A model generated the notes under the pieces. It worked only from the letters and a program-made list of their open reading frames with translations, ran no database searches and was not told the origin of the DNA. This document shows, piece after piece, positions 1 through 10,157 of a stretch of 64,000 nucleotides of DNA (its first letter is position 1; every line of letters begins with the position of its first letter). The stretch comes from Dehalococcoidia bacterium. GTDB lineage: Bacteria; Chloroflexota; Dehalococcoidia; Bin125. A program made the position numbers and the translations under genes. The stretch is from contig DAOUHS010000149.1 in the NCBI GenBank assembly GCA_034428415.1, forward strand, positions 8,990-72,989. The letters run 5' to 3'.

Positions 1-294
1 GAAACCGTTCGTCGAATGGCACGTTGTGACCGATGAGCGTGGCTCCATCAATCATCTCCCGCAATCGATCTTCGACTTCATCCCAGGACGGAGCATCGAT
101 GAGCATGGAAGGAGTGATGCCTGTCATTCGCTGCACGCGCAGTGGTGGCATCTCGAGCGGACGAACGAGTGTGCTCCAGCGATCGAGGATTTCCTCAGGC
201 GTGCAGCGAATGACGCCGACTTCGATGATCTCGTCGAAGCCGGGCTTGAGACCTGTCATTTCCAGGTCGATAGCGGCGTAGATCCGGTCAGACA
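1..294 (-). CDS. 3'-5' exonuclease, DnaQ/epsilon-like (N-terminal part; gene continues past the window edge)
   Basis: Minus-strand translation from a GTG at 294-292 gives VSDRIYAAIDLEMTGL...EIIEVGVIR...LIGHNVPFDERF. This carries the Exo I (DxE) and Exo II-like motifs of the DEDDh exonuclease family. An in-frame stop lies at 313-315. Absent from the ORF track because it is cut by the window edge. Confidence 0.6.
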
Positions 295-324
295 CGCCTA
301 GAGCCAGTCGCGTTCAATCGAAGA

Positions 325-1056
325 CTAGGGAGCTTCGTCGTCGGAGCATGGTCCGAACGGGCGAAACTCTCCGATGTTGAGGCCTTCGTAGCACACTGTC
401 GCGCCGTCGTGCAGCAGTTGCACCGTCTGCTCGCGGCAGGAGAGACGTTCCGGGAACACCGTCGCATAGCTGCCAATACCGGAGGTTGAGTGGGCGTCGG
501 AGCCGCCGGTGACGGGCTTCCCGAGGATCCGGGCGACCTCAAGGGCGAACAGGTTCTCGCGCCTCGTGTTACCTCCGTTGCCGACCTCGATCCCATGCAC
601 GACCTGGAAGACATGCATTTTCTCGGCCGCCTCCTCTGGGGTCATCGAGAACGGCTCTTCTCCCTTGCGGCGGAACGTGACCGGGTCAAAGAAGTGGCGG
701 AAGGGATGCGCCACCGACATAAATGCGCCGATGTCGTCGCAGACCTCACGCAGTCGCTCAGCCGATCGAATGCCCGAGTAGTACTGATCGATGCCGAAGA
801 CGATGATGTGCCCAAGGTCAGTGGAGACTTCCATACCCTGGTTGAGGTAGATACCCGCGTCGATCATCTCCCCGCTGAACCGGTTCCAGTCATATCGCTC
901 CCAGACGCGATCGTGTTCGGTCAGATTGACGCCAGTGAGACCGATGCGGGTGGCTTCCTCGAGCAAATCGTCCGGTTGCAGGGCGGAATCGGCAGCGCCG
1001 CGAACGGTGTGAATGTGTGCGTCCAGAATCGTGCCGGGCATCGACTGAGGATCCAC
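325..1056 (-). CDS. PHP-domain metal-dependent phosphoesterase
   Basis: N-terminal DAHIHT motif (HxH) and the PHP-family acidic/His pattern; 243 aa. Confidence 0.7.
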   Translation of the reverse strand: MDPQSMPGTILDAHIHTVRGAADSALQPDDLLEEATRIGLTGVNLTEHDRVWERYDWNRFSGEMIDAGIYLNQGMEVSTDLGHIIVFGIDQYYSGIRSAERLREVCDDIGAFMSVAHPFRHFFDPVTFRRKGEEPFSMTPEEAAEKMHVFQVVHGIEVGNGGNTRRENLFALEVARILGKPVTGGSDAHSTSGIGSYATVFPERLSCREQTVQLLHDGATVCYEGLNIGEFRPFGPCSDDEAP

Positions 1057-1131
1057 GGGGTCTCCAGGTCCAGGGGTCAGAGTGGGTTACTCAACTGAGT
1101 ATACGCACCAAGCTTTAGAAATCCGGACCGT

Positions 1132-1551
1132 TCAAGCGGATGCCATGTGGGGCAACATCCAGCCGTAGCAACCTGCGGCGAGGAACGCGCTCAACGTGAA
1201 TCGACGCCAGAGCGATTGCCGCCAGATCACGGCTGCGACGGTAGCTAAGGCGACGCAGGCGATCACGCCGGCCGTGAATTGCCAGGACGGACTTCCAAGG
1301 CCGAAGGAGCCGCCGTCGGCCACATTGAGGAACACGACGCCCAACAACAGCCCGAGCAGAGCGCAACCGGCCTGCACTACGAGGGCGGCGCCGAGGCTGA
1401 CCATGACCCAGTTCGAGGGATCGGGAAACTGTCGGCGGAGCCAGTTGGAGGTCGGCACGTTGATTAGCAGCGGGCCAAAGATTCCAAGTCCGAGGACGCC
1501 GACCGCCGCGCCGGCGACGAAACCGGAGAACAGCGCAGCCACGGCCTCCAT
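1132..1551 (-). CDS. Small integral membrane protein, about 4 TM helices, unknown function
   Basis: Hydrophobic 139-aa ORF, co-directional and nearly abutting ispE (3-nt gap). Confidence 0.5.
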   Translation of the reverse strand: MEAVAALFSGFVAGAAVGVLGLGIFGPLLINVPTSNWLRRQFPDPSNWVMVSLGAALVVQAGCALLGLLLGVVFLNVADGGSFGLGSPSWQFTAGVIACVALATVAAVIWRQSLWRRFTLSAFLAAGCYGWMLPHMASA

Positions 1552-1553
1552 GG

Positions 1554-2495
1554 TCAGGCCGTCCAGATCTGGGTGGCCTGAGAACGGCTCAGGGGCCTCG
1601 CTACCACGGTGAAACCGTTGGAATCATGCATAAGGTTCGCGGCTTGCGTCGCTGTCTGCGGCGGCATCAGCGCAAAGACCGTGGGACCTGCTCCAGCGAG
1701 CAAGGGAACGACCGGCTCCTCTCGGCACTCGATAGCAGAGCGAGCGATTGCCCCGCCCACCTTTCGCCATGCGTAGGACAGTCCTTGCATCACCTCGCGA
1801 GCAGGGCGGTCGAACGAGTTGATGCAGTCGTCCTGCGTTGGCGGTCGGCCGCCGGCCAGCGCGTAAGCCAGTGACTGGGTCGCCTCGCCGCCTCTGAAGT
1901 CCGATGAACGCAGAGAGCGATACATCGTCGCCGTCTTCGCGGCCGGAACCGGAATCTCAGGTCGATGCAAGAGCACGGACCAGCCCTCGAGTGCTGCCTT
2001 GGAGATCGAGAGCGCCTCGACGCTCTCTCCTCGACCGGACATGCGCACGGTTCCTCCGACGATGCAGGCTGGGACATCGGAACCGACATGAGCTCCAATC
2101 CGGCAGAGTTCCGCATCGCTCAACGGCAGATTCCAGGCGTGGCGCGCAAGTCGCAGAAAGGCTGCTGCATCGGTGGAGCCGCCGCCAAGACCGGCGGCGA
2201 CCGGAATGCGTTTCAGCACTTCAATCGAGGCTGCAGAAGGCAAGCCGACATGCTGATTCAGCGCGTCCCAGGCACGGACGACGATGTCGTCGTCGGTCTC
2301 GATCGACACCGGACGATCGCTCTCCGAGCGGTACAAGATCGTTCTGGCCGACGACTCCGGTGTGAGGCGAATCTCGTCAGCCAGATCCAGCGAGATGGCG
2401 ATCGAGGCAAGATCGTGAAAGCCGTCTTCGCGCTTGCCGATGACCTCGAGCGTCAGGTTGAGTTTGGCGGCCGCCCTTGTGATCCAGGTGGTCAT
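1554..2495 (-). CDS. ispE: 4-diphosphocytidyl-2-C-methyl-D-erythritol kinase
   Basis: N-terminal AKLNLTLEV motif and the GHMP kinase glycine-rich motif (PVAAGLGGGSTDAA); classic ksgA-ispE adjacency. Confidence 0.9.
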   Translation of the reverse strand: MTTWITRAAAKLNLTLEVIGKREDGFHDLASIAISLDLADEIRLTPESSARTILYRSESDRPVSIETDDDIVVRAWDALNQHVGLPSAASIEVLKRIPVAAGLGGGSTDAAAFLRLARHAWNLPLSDAELCRIGAHVGSDVPACIVGGTVRMSGRGESVEALSISKAALEGWSVLLHRPEIPVPAAKTATMYRSLRSSDFRGGEATQSLAYALAGGRPPTQDDCINSFDRPAREVMQGLSYAWRKVGGAIARSAIECREEPVVPLLAGAGPTVFALMPPQTATQAANLMHDSNGFTVVARPLSRSQATQIWTA

Positions 2496-2500
2496 GGCCG

Positions 2501-3334
2501 CTACTCGGTGTACTCCGAAATGTGGTCCTCACGCCACCAGGCGAGTCGGGCCCACTCCTCCAGGGTCAGCGTCCCAGGGCGACGGGTTGGATCTATGTCG
2601 CACGCGGCAAGCCAGTCACTCGCACCACCCGGCGGCAGCCAGATGCCCTGAGCCAGCGCGTTATGTAGCTGCTTTCTCGGGCTGCGGAATCCGCCGCGCA
2701 CGACTTCGAAGAATCGCTCGGGGCTCGGCACGTCGACCGCTGGTTCATCTCGCAGACGCAGCATCACGACGGCTGATCGCACCTGAGGCGGCGGATCGAA
2801 CGACTCTCGCTCGACGGGAAACACCAGCTCGGCATCGGCGTAGAACTGGACGGACACGCCAATCAGCGAGAGGCGGCCTGGGGGGGCGGTGATCCGCTGG
2901 GCGACTTCGTGCTGGATCATTACCAACATCCACTGAGGACGCTGCGATTCCGCTTCGAGGAACTTGCGGAAGATAGGCGCGGTAATCGCGTAGGGGAGAT
3001 TGCCGACTACGCCGTATGGGGGGCTTGACACGACGGTGGCGAGTGCCTCGGCAGGATCGATCTCAAGCACGTCCTGCTCGATGACTACGGCCCGGGCATC
3101 CGGCGCTCTGTTGGCTAGCCGACGCCTTGCGCGGAATGCCATACCTTCATCCAGCTCCACGGAAGCCAGCGGCCGCCTCAGATATGCCAGCCGCTCAGTC
3201 AGGGCCCCATCACCGGCACCAACTTCCAGGATCGGCTCCGGTCGCTGGGGCAGCGCTTCGACGATCCGGTCGAGCACGCCTTCGTCGCGAAGCAAGTGTT
3301 GGCCCAGGCGGGCTGGCCGTCGGCGTCCGCTCAT
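2501..3334 (-). CDS. rsmA: 16S rRNA (adenine1518/1519-N6)-dimethyltransferase
   Basis: GQHLL...ILEVGAGDGALTERL SAM-binding motif of the KsgA/Dim1 family. Confidence 0.9.
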   Translation of the reverse strand: MSGRRRPARLGQHLLRDEGVLDRIVEALPQRPEPILEVGAGDGALTERLAYLRRPLASVELDEGMAFRARRRLANRAPDARAVVIEQDVLEIDPAEALATVVSSPPYGVVGNLPYAITAPIFRKFLEAESQRPQWMLVMIQHEVAQRITAPPGRLSLIGVSVQFYADAELVFPVERESFDPPPQVRSAVVMLRLRDEPAVDVPSPERFFEVVRGGFRSPRKQLHNALAQGIWLPPGGASDWLAACDIDPTRRPGTLTLEEWARLAWWREDHISEYTE

Positions 3335-3368
3335 GCTGCGCCTCGGCTAATCCGCGGAGGGGTGGAGA

Positions 3369-3634
3369 AAAAAAGCGTGGTCGTGCACCTGGCTTCGAAC
3401 GCCGCCATGAGCTTGCCTCCGCTAGCCGGCTCCGCCTAGGCACTCCCGCGTCACCCGACCTGTCAACCGCTTACCGCTGCTTCCTTTCGGACCTGACGGG
3501 GTTCACGGCGGGCCGCCGCGCGGGACCCAGACTTCATTACTGCTTGGCGTCGGTAGTTCTCATGTCGCCGCCCTCAACCCAGGAATTCAACCCCGCTAGA
3601 GCGGATTGCGGGTACAGGGCACCGCTAGCTCCCC
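3369..3634 (-). ncRNA. ffs: Signal recognition particle RNA (ffs), apparently long form (~265 nt) with an Alu-like 5' domain
   Basis: Reverse complement of 3451-3500 reads GUCAGGUCCGAAAGGAAGCAGCGGUAAGCGGUUGAC, the conserved SRP RNA domain IV (compare E. coli 4.5S GUCAGGUCCGGAAGGAAGCAGCCAAGGCAGAUGAC). A terminal helix pairs 5' GGUCGUGC with 3' GCACGACC, followed by a U7 tract (plus-strand A7 at 3368-3374). Ends are approximate, within about 10 nt. Confidence 0.7.
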
Positions 3635-3714
3635 ATCTAGCACGACCGACCATAATTCTATCACTAGCGGCGTTTGACTCCTGTCAGAGTAAACTCAGGT
3701 GAACAGGTTGGACA

Positions 3715-5142
3715 GTGAGCCGGTGGGCCACGCAGCCTGCGAGGGGGCAGCCAGTGCGAATCATCTCTCTCGGCTGTCCGATTCCCAGTCCCAACGTCGA
3801 CAACCACTCGATTGCCAACGCGCCGTCGATTTTCGACTACGACGCGTGCATCCTGGACATGCAGGCCATTTCGGAGCAGATCGAAGGTATCGCAGCGAGC
3901 ACACTCAACGCGAGAGCACCCGACGGCCGAACGGTCAGCACTGGCGAATCGGGAGCGTTTCACTTCGGTCTGGGCGAACTGCTTGAGTTGCGGCAGCTGG
4001 AGTTGCGCCAGCTCTTGGACAACGGCGGCCTCCTGGTGATCTTCGTCTATGCCAACGTGCGGCATCCCGGAGTCGCTTCGTTTCCAGGACTGAACCGGTA
4101 CTCCTTGATTCCCACTCCCGAGGGCGACCCGTTCAAGTGGCCGACGCTGCGGCCGGCTGACGGCAAAGACGTGCAGGTCGCGGTTCCCCAACATCCGGTT
4201 AGCGGCTTTCTCAAAGATCTCTCCAACCGAATTCGCTACCGCGCCTTGTTCGATCTGCCAGCGTCCAGCACGGGCGAGATTGTGGGCCGCTCGGTCGGAG
4301 GCGCCGGCGTAGCGGCGGAGTTCAGAGTCGGTCCCGGTCGGATTGTGGCGCTGCCGCCGACCGACAACCTGGCGTCTACGCAGCGCAAGGCGTTCAGTTC
4401 CTCAATCCTGGAGATGATCGAGCGACTCGTTGAGGAGCCTGACCTTGTGGCGGCGCCGGTATGGGTTCGCCGCTATGACACTCCCGAAGCCTCAGCGGCG
4501 CGGGACGAATTGGCCGAAGCCGAAGCGGAGCTAAAGCAGGCCGAACGTCGGGTCAAGGAGGCAGAGACGCTGGTCGCCGATTCGACTCGCTTCGAAGGGA
4601 TGCTCTGGCAGAGCGACAACGCGTCGTTTCGAGAGACAGTCCACGATGCCTTCCGGGTGCTCGGATACTCGGTCGCTGGAACCGACAGTGGCGGCGAAAT
4701 CAGAGATGGCTCGGAGACTGCCCTGCTTGAGCTGGAATCGGCCAACAACGCCGTTAGTGATCGGCTTTACCTGGCGCTGCAACAGCGGGTCGAAGAGCAC
4801 TACCTGCGCCGCCGAACTCGTCCCAAGGGAATCATCGTCGCCAACGGGCACCGTCAAACGGATCCTCGGATTCGACGTGAGCCGTTCCCCAAAACGCTGG
4901 TCGAGGCATGCGAGACATACGGCTACGCGCTGATTCCGGTCGAAGCCCTCTACGAGCTCGTGACGTTCGCCGGCGAGGCTGCGGATGAGCCAGAGATCCT
5001 GGGAGAGATTCGGCGCTCCATCGCCGAAACGGCGGGTGTGCTGGAGGTCTCGCTGGAGGAAGATCCGGAAGAGGAAGAGGTGGAGGCGTCGAGCGTCACG
5101 GCCGGCAATGGCGCTCTGGCGGCGTCGGCTGAGGCGCCCTGA
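3715..5142 (+). CDS. Uncharacterised 475-aa cytoplasmic protein with a central coiled-coil and an acidic C-terminal tail
   Basis: Long ORF (start codon is GTG) divergent from ksgA/ffs. No Walker motif or other motif I can name. Central segment ELAEAEAELKQAERRVKEAETL is coiled-coil-like. The C-terminal region (GEIRDGSETALLELESANN ... GIIVANGH) is weakly reminiscent of PD-(D/E)xK-type folds. Ends in EEDPEEEEVEASS. Confidence 0.6.
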   Translation: MSRWATQPARGQPVRIISLGCPIPSPNVDNHSIANAPSIFDYDACILDMQAISEQIEGIAASTLNARAPDGRTVSTGESGAFHFGLGELLELRQLELRQLLDNGGLLVIFVYANVRHPGVASFPGLNRYSLIPTPEGDPFKWPTLRPADGKDVQVAVPQHPVSGFLKDLSNRIRYRALFDLPASSTGEIVGRSVGGAGVAAEFRVGPGRIVALPPTDNLASTQRKAFSSSILEMIERLVEEPDLVAAPVWVRRYDTPEASAARDELAEAEAELKQAERRVKEAETLVADSTRFEGMLWQSDNASFRETVHDAFRVLGYSVAGTDSGGEIRDGSETALLELESANNAVSDRLYLALQQRVEEHYLRRRTRPKGIIVANGHRQTDPRIRREPFPKTLVEACETYGYALIPVEALYELVTFAGEAADEPEILGEIRRSIAETAGVLEVSLEEDPEEEEVEASSVTAGNGALAASAEAP

Positions 5143-5148
5143 GTCCTG

Positions 5149-6999
5149 TTAGCTCTTCCCGAGCTGAAGGACGGCCAGGAAGGCTTCCTGAGGAATCTCG
5201 ACGTTGCCGACGCGCTTGAGCCGCTTCTTCCCCTCGGCCTGGCGCGCGAGCAGCTTACGCTTGCGGGTGATGTCTCCGCCGTAGCACTTAGCGGTCACGT
5301 TCTTGCGTAAGGCGCGCACGGTCTCGCGAGCCACAATCCGCCCGCCGACAGCGGCCTGGATTGGCACATCGAAGAGCTGGCGAGGGATGAGTCGGCGCAG
5401 CCGGTCGGCCAGTTCCCGGCCTTGCGTAGCGGCGGCGTCGGAGTGAACGATTGCGGAGAGCGCGTCCACCGGCTCACCATTGATTAACAGATCGAGCTTG
5501 ACCAGCTTGGCGGGTCGATAGCCGACCAGGGCGTAATCGAGGCTCGCATAGCCTCTCGTTCTCGACTTCAACTCGTCGTAGAAGTCGGTCAGTATCTCGG
5601 CTAGCGGTAACTCGTACTCAAGCAGTACGCGAATCTCGCCGGTGGCGAGAGTATGCTCCTCTGAGCCGTTCGGCTGACTCGTTCGCTGGAGGTACTCCAT
5701 GTGATCGAAGATGCCGCGCCGCGCAGTGACTGTCTCCATGACCGGACCCACGTAGTCGTGCGGCGCAATGATCGAGATTCGTACCCAGGGCTCGCGAATT
5801 TCGGCCACGTGATTCGGCGCTGGCAGATCGGACGGATTCTCAATCAGATTGACCTGCCCATCGGCACCCTCGACCTCATACTCGACCGAGGGCGCCGTGA
5901 AGACCAACTCCAGACCATATTCGCGTTCGAGACGTTCCTGCACGATTTCCATGTGCAACAGTCCCAGGAACCCCATTCGATAGCCAAACCCGAGCGCAGC
6001 CGAGGATTCAGGTTGGTATTGGATCGCGCTGTCCGAGAGTCGTAGCTTGTCGAGCGCGTCGGAGAGTTCCTCGTAGTCAGCAGAATTGGCGGGGTAGAGG
6101 CCGGCAAAGACCATCGCCTTGGGCTCCCGGTAACCGGGCAAGGGATCGGGCTGATTGCGGCCGCCGATGGTCATCGTGTCCCCAACGCGGACGTCGGCGA
6201 CATCCTTGAGCCCGGTGGCGACGTAGCCGACATCGCCTGAAGAGAGGGAGTCGAGGCGGTGCAGCTCCGGTGAGAAACTGCCTACTTCCATCGCTTCAAA
6301 GCGTCGATTGGTCGCTGCCAGCCGTAACGGCGTCTGCCCCTTGACACCGCCGTCGACGACACGTACGTGAGCGATCACGCCCTTGTAGGGGTCGTACTCC
6401 GAGTCGAAGATCAGCGCGCGAAGCGGATCGGTGAAGGCACCCTCCGGCGGAGGAATCCGATCGACGATGGCTTCCAGCAACTCTTCGATACCCGCTCCAG
6501 TCTTGGCCGAGACGTAGAGGATCTCCTCGCGACCAAAGCCGATTATGTCGACGAGCTCCGAAGCGATCGCCTCCGGACGGGCGACATCGAGATCGATTTT
6601 GTTGATTACCGGAATCAGGGTCAGGTCCTGTTCCATGGCCAGATAGACGTTTGCCAAGGTCTGGGCTTGGATGCCTTCGACGGCGTCAACGACTAGCAGC
6701 GCGCCCTCGGCCGCTGCGAGGCTGCGGGAGACCTCGTAGGAGAAATCGACATGGCCGGGGGTGTCGATGAGATGCAGACGATGCGAGCCGCTGGTTGGCG
6801 ACTGGTAGTCCATCCTCACAGCACGGGCTTTGATCGTGATCCCTTTCTCACGCTCCAAGTCCATGGAATCGAGGAGTTGATCGGACATGTCTCGCCGATC
6901 GACCGTGGCTGTGGCCTCCATCAGACGGTCGGACAGAGTTGATTTGCCGTGGTCAATGTGGGCGACAATACAGAAGTTGCGAATGCGCGATGCGTCCAT
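5149..6999 (-). CDS. lepA: Elongation factor 4
   Basis: [18 protein letters not shown]1 motif; 616 aa; LepA-specific C-terminal region. Confidence 0.95.
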   Translation of the reverse strand: MDASRIRNFCIVAHIDHGKSTLSDRLMEATATVDRRDMSDQLLDSMDLEREKGITIKARAVRMDYQSPTSGSHRLHLIDTPGHVDFSYEVSRSLAAAEGALLVVDAVEGIQAQTLANVYLAMEQDLTLIPVINKIDLDVARPEAIASELVDIIGFGREEILYVSAKTGAGIEELLEAIVDRIPPPEGAFTDPLRALIFDSEYDPYKGVIAHVRVVDGGVKGQTPLRLAATNRRFEAMEVGSFSPELHRLDSLSSGDVGYVATGLKDVADVRVGDTMTIGGRNQPDPLPGYREPKAMVFAGLYPANSADYEELSDALDKLRLSDSAIQYQPESSAALGFGYRMGFLGLLHMEIVQERLEREYGLELVFTAPSVEYEVEGADGQVNLIENPSDLPAPNHVAEIREPWVRISIIAPHDYVGPVMETVTARRGIFDHMEYLQRTSQPNGSEEHTLATGEIRVLLEYELPLAEILTDFYDELKSRTRGYASLDYALVGYRPAKLVKLDLLINGEPVDALSAIVHSDAAATQGRELADRLRRLIPRQLFDVPIQAAVGGRIVARETVRALRKNVTAKCYGGDITRKRKLLARQAEGKKRLKRVGNVEIPQEAFLAVLQLGKS

Positions 7000-7099
7000 G
7001 TGCTGTGATCGTAACAGTCAGCCAGGCTCGCGCAGCCTGCGCAACCTCCAGAACGGGGCCTTTCGGCCCCGTTCTGGAGGTTGCGTCCGAGACCAGGCG

Positions 7100-8341
7100 C
7101 TACACGCGGTGGCACCGTACGAAGTGATCCTCGACGATCTCGCGCCATTCGGGGTCTTCCTCGCGGCAGATGTCAATTGCGATCGGGCAACGCGTGTGGA
7201 AGTTGCAACCAGGCGGAGGCGCGATCGGGTTGGGCACGTCGCCGGTGAGGATCAGGCGCTCACGTCGTCGTTCCAACGCCGGGTCGGGAATTGGGACAGC
7301 GGAGATCAGCGCCTGGGTGTATGGATGCAGCGGATTGTCATAGAGCTGGTCGGATTGAGCTAACTCAACAATCTTGCCCAGGTACATGACCGCGATGCGG
7401 TGCGAGATGTGTCGCACGACCGACAAGTCGTGAGCGATGAACAAGTAGGTGAGGCCGAAGTCCGACTGCAAATCCTCGAGCAGGTTGATGATCTGCGCCT
7501 GAATCGACACGTCGAGCGCCGAAACGGGCTCGTCGCAGACAATGAAGGCCGGCTCGACGGCGAGCGCGCGAGCGATACCGATGCGCTGGCGCTGTCCGCC
7601 GGAGAACTCGTGCGGGTAGCGGCTGGCGAAGTACGGGTTGAGACCGACCGTCTCGAGCAGTTCGCGGACGCGCTCCTTGCGCCGGCCCTTCTGCAAGCCG
7701 TGGATCACCATCGGCTCGGAAACGATGCTGCCGACGCTCATGCGCGGATTCAAGGACGCATAGGGGTCCTGGAAGATCATCTGCATCTGGCGGCGGTAGG
7801 CGCGCAGGTTGCGGCCAGCGAGCGTGGTCAGATCGACCGGGCCTCCATTGCTGTCGGCGCCCGGAAGGCTCACGGACTCTGCGCCGCCGTCGTCGTCCGC
7901 GCCAATGTGCGAGGTGAACTGAGGCGGCGACATGAACACATTGCCGGCAGTCGGACGATAGAGCTGCAGGATGGCGCGGCCGGTCGTGGACTTGCCGCAA
8001 CCCGATTCTCCCACGAGACCGAGCGTCTCACCCTCGCGAACGGCGAACGTGATGCCGTCAACGGCCTTAATGTCCGCGACCTTGCGCTTGAGCAGCAGCC
8101 CGGCCGTCACCGGGAAGTACATCTTGAGGTCCTGGACCTCAAGCAACGTATTGTCGTGCGGCTCGGTTCGCCCAGTGGCGATTAGGTCGGCAATTGCGGC
8201 AGTAGCCTGGCCGACCGATGCGGCCGCTGCGGCGCGCATGGCCTCCGGCGTCATCGTGCCGGCGCCGGCCTCCTGTTGTGACCCTTGATCGTCCTGAACC
8301 TCGGGCTCCTCGGCGACATCGGGTTGTTCGTTCTCAGACAT
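7100..8341 (-). CDS. Oligopeptide/dipeptide ABC transporter ATP-binding protein (OppF/DppF-like) with an acidic N-terminal extension
   Basis: Walker [13 protein letters not shown] signature FSGGQRQR, and an oligopeptide-transporter C-terminal domain. About 60 aa of acidic, low-complexity N-terminus. Confidence 0.85.
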   Translation of the reverse strand: MSENEQPDVAEEPEVQDDQGSQQEAGAGTMTPEAMRAAAAASVGQATAAIADLIATGRTEPHDNTLLEVQDLKMYFPVTAGLLLKRKVADIKAVDGITFAVREGETLGLVGESGCGKSTTGRAILQLYRPTAGNVFMSPPQFTSHIGADDDGGAESVSLPGADSNGGPVDLTTLAGRNLRAYRRQMQMIFQDPYASLNPRMSVGSIVSEPMVIHGLQKGRRKERVRELLETVGLNPYFASRYPHEFSGGQRQRIGIARALAVEPAFIVCDEPVSALDVSIQAQIINLLEDLQSDFGLTYLFIAHDLSVVRHISHRIAVMYLGKIVELAQSDQLYDNPLHPYTQALISAVPIPDPALERRRERLILTGDVPNPIAPPPGCNFHTRCPIAIDICREEDPEWREIVEDHFVRCHRV

Positions 8342-9380
8342 TGGCCGTCTCCTCTTCCAGGATTTCCTCGGTGTGGGCGCTGGCCAGGATGGTGTCGGCC
8401 TCGAGGGCTACCGCTTCCGAGTTCCAGCAAGCGACGAGGTGACCCGGTGCGAACTCTTGCAACACGGGACGTTCTTCGTTGCATTGGTCGGTCACGAATC
8501 GGCAGCGCGGGGCGAAAGCGCAGCCGTCAGGCATATTGGTCAAGTCTGGCGGCGTGCCCTCAATCGGAATCAACCGGCCGGTCCGTGCGTCAAGACGGGG
8601 CACCGACTCGAGCAGTCCGAGCGTGTATGCGTGCTTGGGGCGAGCGTAGATCTCCGTCGCCGCGCCGCTCTCGACGATGCGACCGCCATACATCACGTTG
8701 ACGCGGTCGGCGTAGCGGGCAACCACACCGAGGTTGTGGGTGATGACGATCACGGCGGTGCCAAGTTCTCGGCTGAGACGCGCCATGACCTCAAGCACCT
8801 GCGCCTGAATCGTCACATCGAGCGCCGTGGTCGGCTCATCAGCGAGCAGCAATTTGGGATCGCAGGAGAGTGCCATCGCAATCATTACGCGCTGACGCAT
8901 GCCGCCCGAGAACTGGTGCGGAAAATCGAACAGGCGCTGCTCTGCGGCCGGGATACCGACCATGTTGAGCAGTTCGATCGCGCGCTCGTTGGCCTGTGTT
9001 CGGCCGAGGCCCATGTGCAACTCGATCGCCTCGGTGAGCTGGCGACCGATCGTCAAGACCGGGTTGAGCGAGGTCATCGGCTCCTGGAACACCATGGCGA
9101 TGTCGTTGCCGCGGATTTCACGCATCCGAGAGTCGTCAACGTTCATCAGCTCTTCGCCATCAAACCAGACTTCGCCATTGACGATCTTGCCCGGCGGATT
9201 GGGGATCAAGCGCAGCAGTGAGAGCGCCGAGACGCTCTTGCCGGAGCCTGACTCGCCGACCAGGCCGAGCGTTTCGCCGGGCATCAGGTCGTAGGAGACG
9301 TCGTTGACCGCCTGAACGACTCCTTCAGAGGTGAAAAAGCTGGTGGAGAGGTTCTGGACACTCAAAAGCGGGTCAGCCAT
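8334..9380 (-). CDS. Oligopeptide/dipeptide ABC transporter ATP-binding protein (OppD/DppD-like)
   Basis: Walker [12 protein letters not shown] signature FSGGMRQR, and an Opp C-terminal domain. Overlaps the downstream ATPase gene by 8 nt. Confidence 0.85.
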   Translation of the reverse strand: MADPLLSVQNLSTSFFTSEGVVQAVNDVSYDLMPGETLGLVGESGSGKSVSALSLLRLIPNPPGKIVNGEVWFDGEELMNVDDSRMREIRGNDIAMVFQEPMTSLNPVLTIGRQLTEAIELHMGLGRTQANERAIELLNMVGIPAAEQRLFDFPHQFSGGMRQRVMIAMALSCDPKLLLADEPTTALDVTIQAQVLEVMARLSRELGTAVIVITHNLGVVARYADRVNVMYGGRIVESGAATEIYARPKHAYTLGLLESVPRLDARTGRLIPIEGTPPDLTNMPDGCAFAPRCRFVTDQCNEERPVLQEFAPGHLVACWNSEAVALEADTILASAHTEEILEEETANV

Positions 9381-9455
9381 GAGAGCACTCCTTTAGCGAC
9401 GCCTGTGGCTCCAATGTTCGCGCCACGACCGGCCGGTTCTCGGCCGGTCGAGCGT

Positions 9456-9540
9456 TGGTGGGGAAGAGGAGACTCGAACTCCTACGCCTTGCGGCACATG
9501 ATCCTAAATCATGCTCGTCTGCCAATTCCGACACTTCCCC
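9456..9540 (-). tRNA. tRNA-Leu (anticodon UAG), long variable arm
   Basis: The reverse complement folds as a class II tRNA: acceptor GGGGAAG/CUUCCCC, anticodon loop containing UAG, T-arm AGGAG-UUCGAGU-CUCCU, and a CCA end. Confidence 0.85.
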
Positions 9541-9626
9541 TGCATGCGTGAGGAGGGCCGGTAAGCCGGCATCCTCTGGCGAGAGGTGCGACGAGGCTGA
9601 CAAACTGCTCATTCCATTGGTGTAAC

Positions 9627-9702
<76 letters not shown>

Positions 9703-10010
9703 CCACGCGTCAATCCCGCCCGGCACCGGGTGTGCCGGGGCGTCTCCCAATCTTACACGGCCTGCGCGACTCCAACGCCGGGTGGCTGGCTGGCTCAATG
9801 TTGCGTCCCCAAACCCACTCAATGTTCGCTTGTTCGTCGCCGCCCTTACGTCGGCTTGGCCTGCAAGCTAGCCAACGATGCGCAGAACGTCAACGAGTTG
9901 ACAGCAATTGTAGTCGCTGTCGACGGCGCATTGTGGTCGGGTCAGAGAGACGCAGTTCGTTGACCAAGCGAACGGGCGCGGAATACGATGAACCGACACC
10001 GGACAGGTGC

Positions 10011-10087
10011 GGGCGGTTAGCTCAGTTGGCTAGAGCGCTGCGTTGACATCGCAGAGGTCACTGGTTCAAGTCCAGTATCGCCCACCA
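10011..10087 (+). tRNA. tRNA-Val (anticodon GAC)
   Basis: GGGCGGUUAGCUCAGUUGG...CUGCG-UUGACAU-CGCAG...GGUUCAAGUCC...CCCACCA; lies immediately upstream of thrS on the same strand. Confidence 0.85.
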
Positions 10088-10157
10088 CGCTCCCGGCAAG
10101 ATTCTCGGCAGCGGATCGCTTTGCGATCTGCGCGGAGCCAACGCTGATGGCAGGTGG

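Noticed and set aside
26-301. 91-aa plus-strand ORF at the window start
   Set aside because: The opposite strand encodes a DEDDh exonuclease N-terminus with clear motifs, so the plus-strand ORF is spurious.
8334-8341. Possible frameshift joining the two ABC ATPase genes into one
   Set aside because: Each ORF has its own complete Walker A, signature and C-terminal Opp domain. An 8-nt overlap of separate genes is common.
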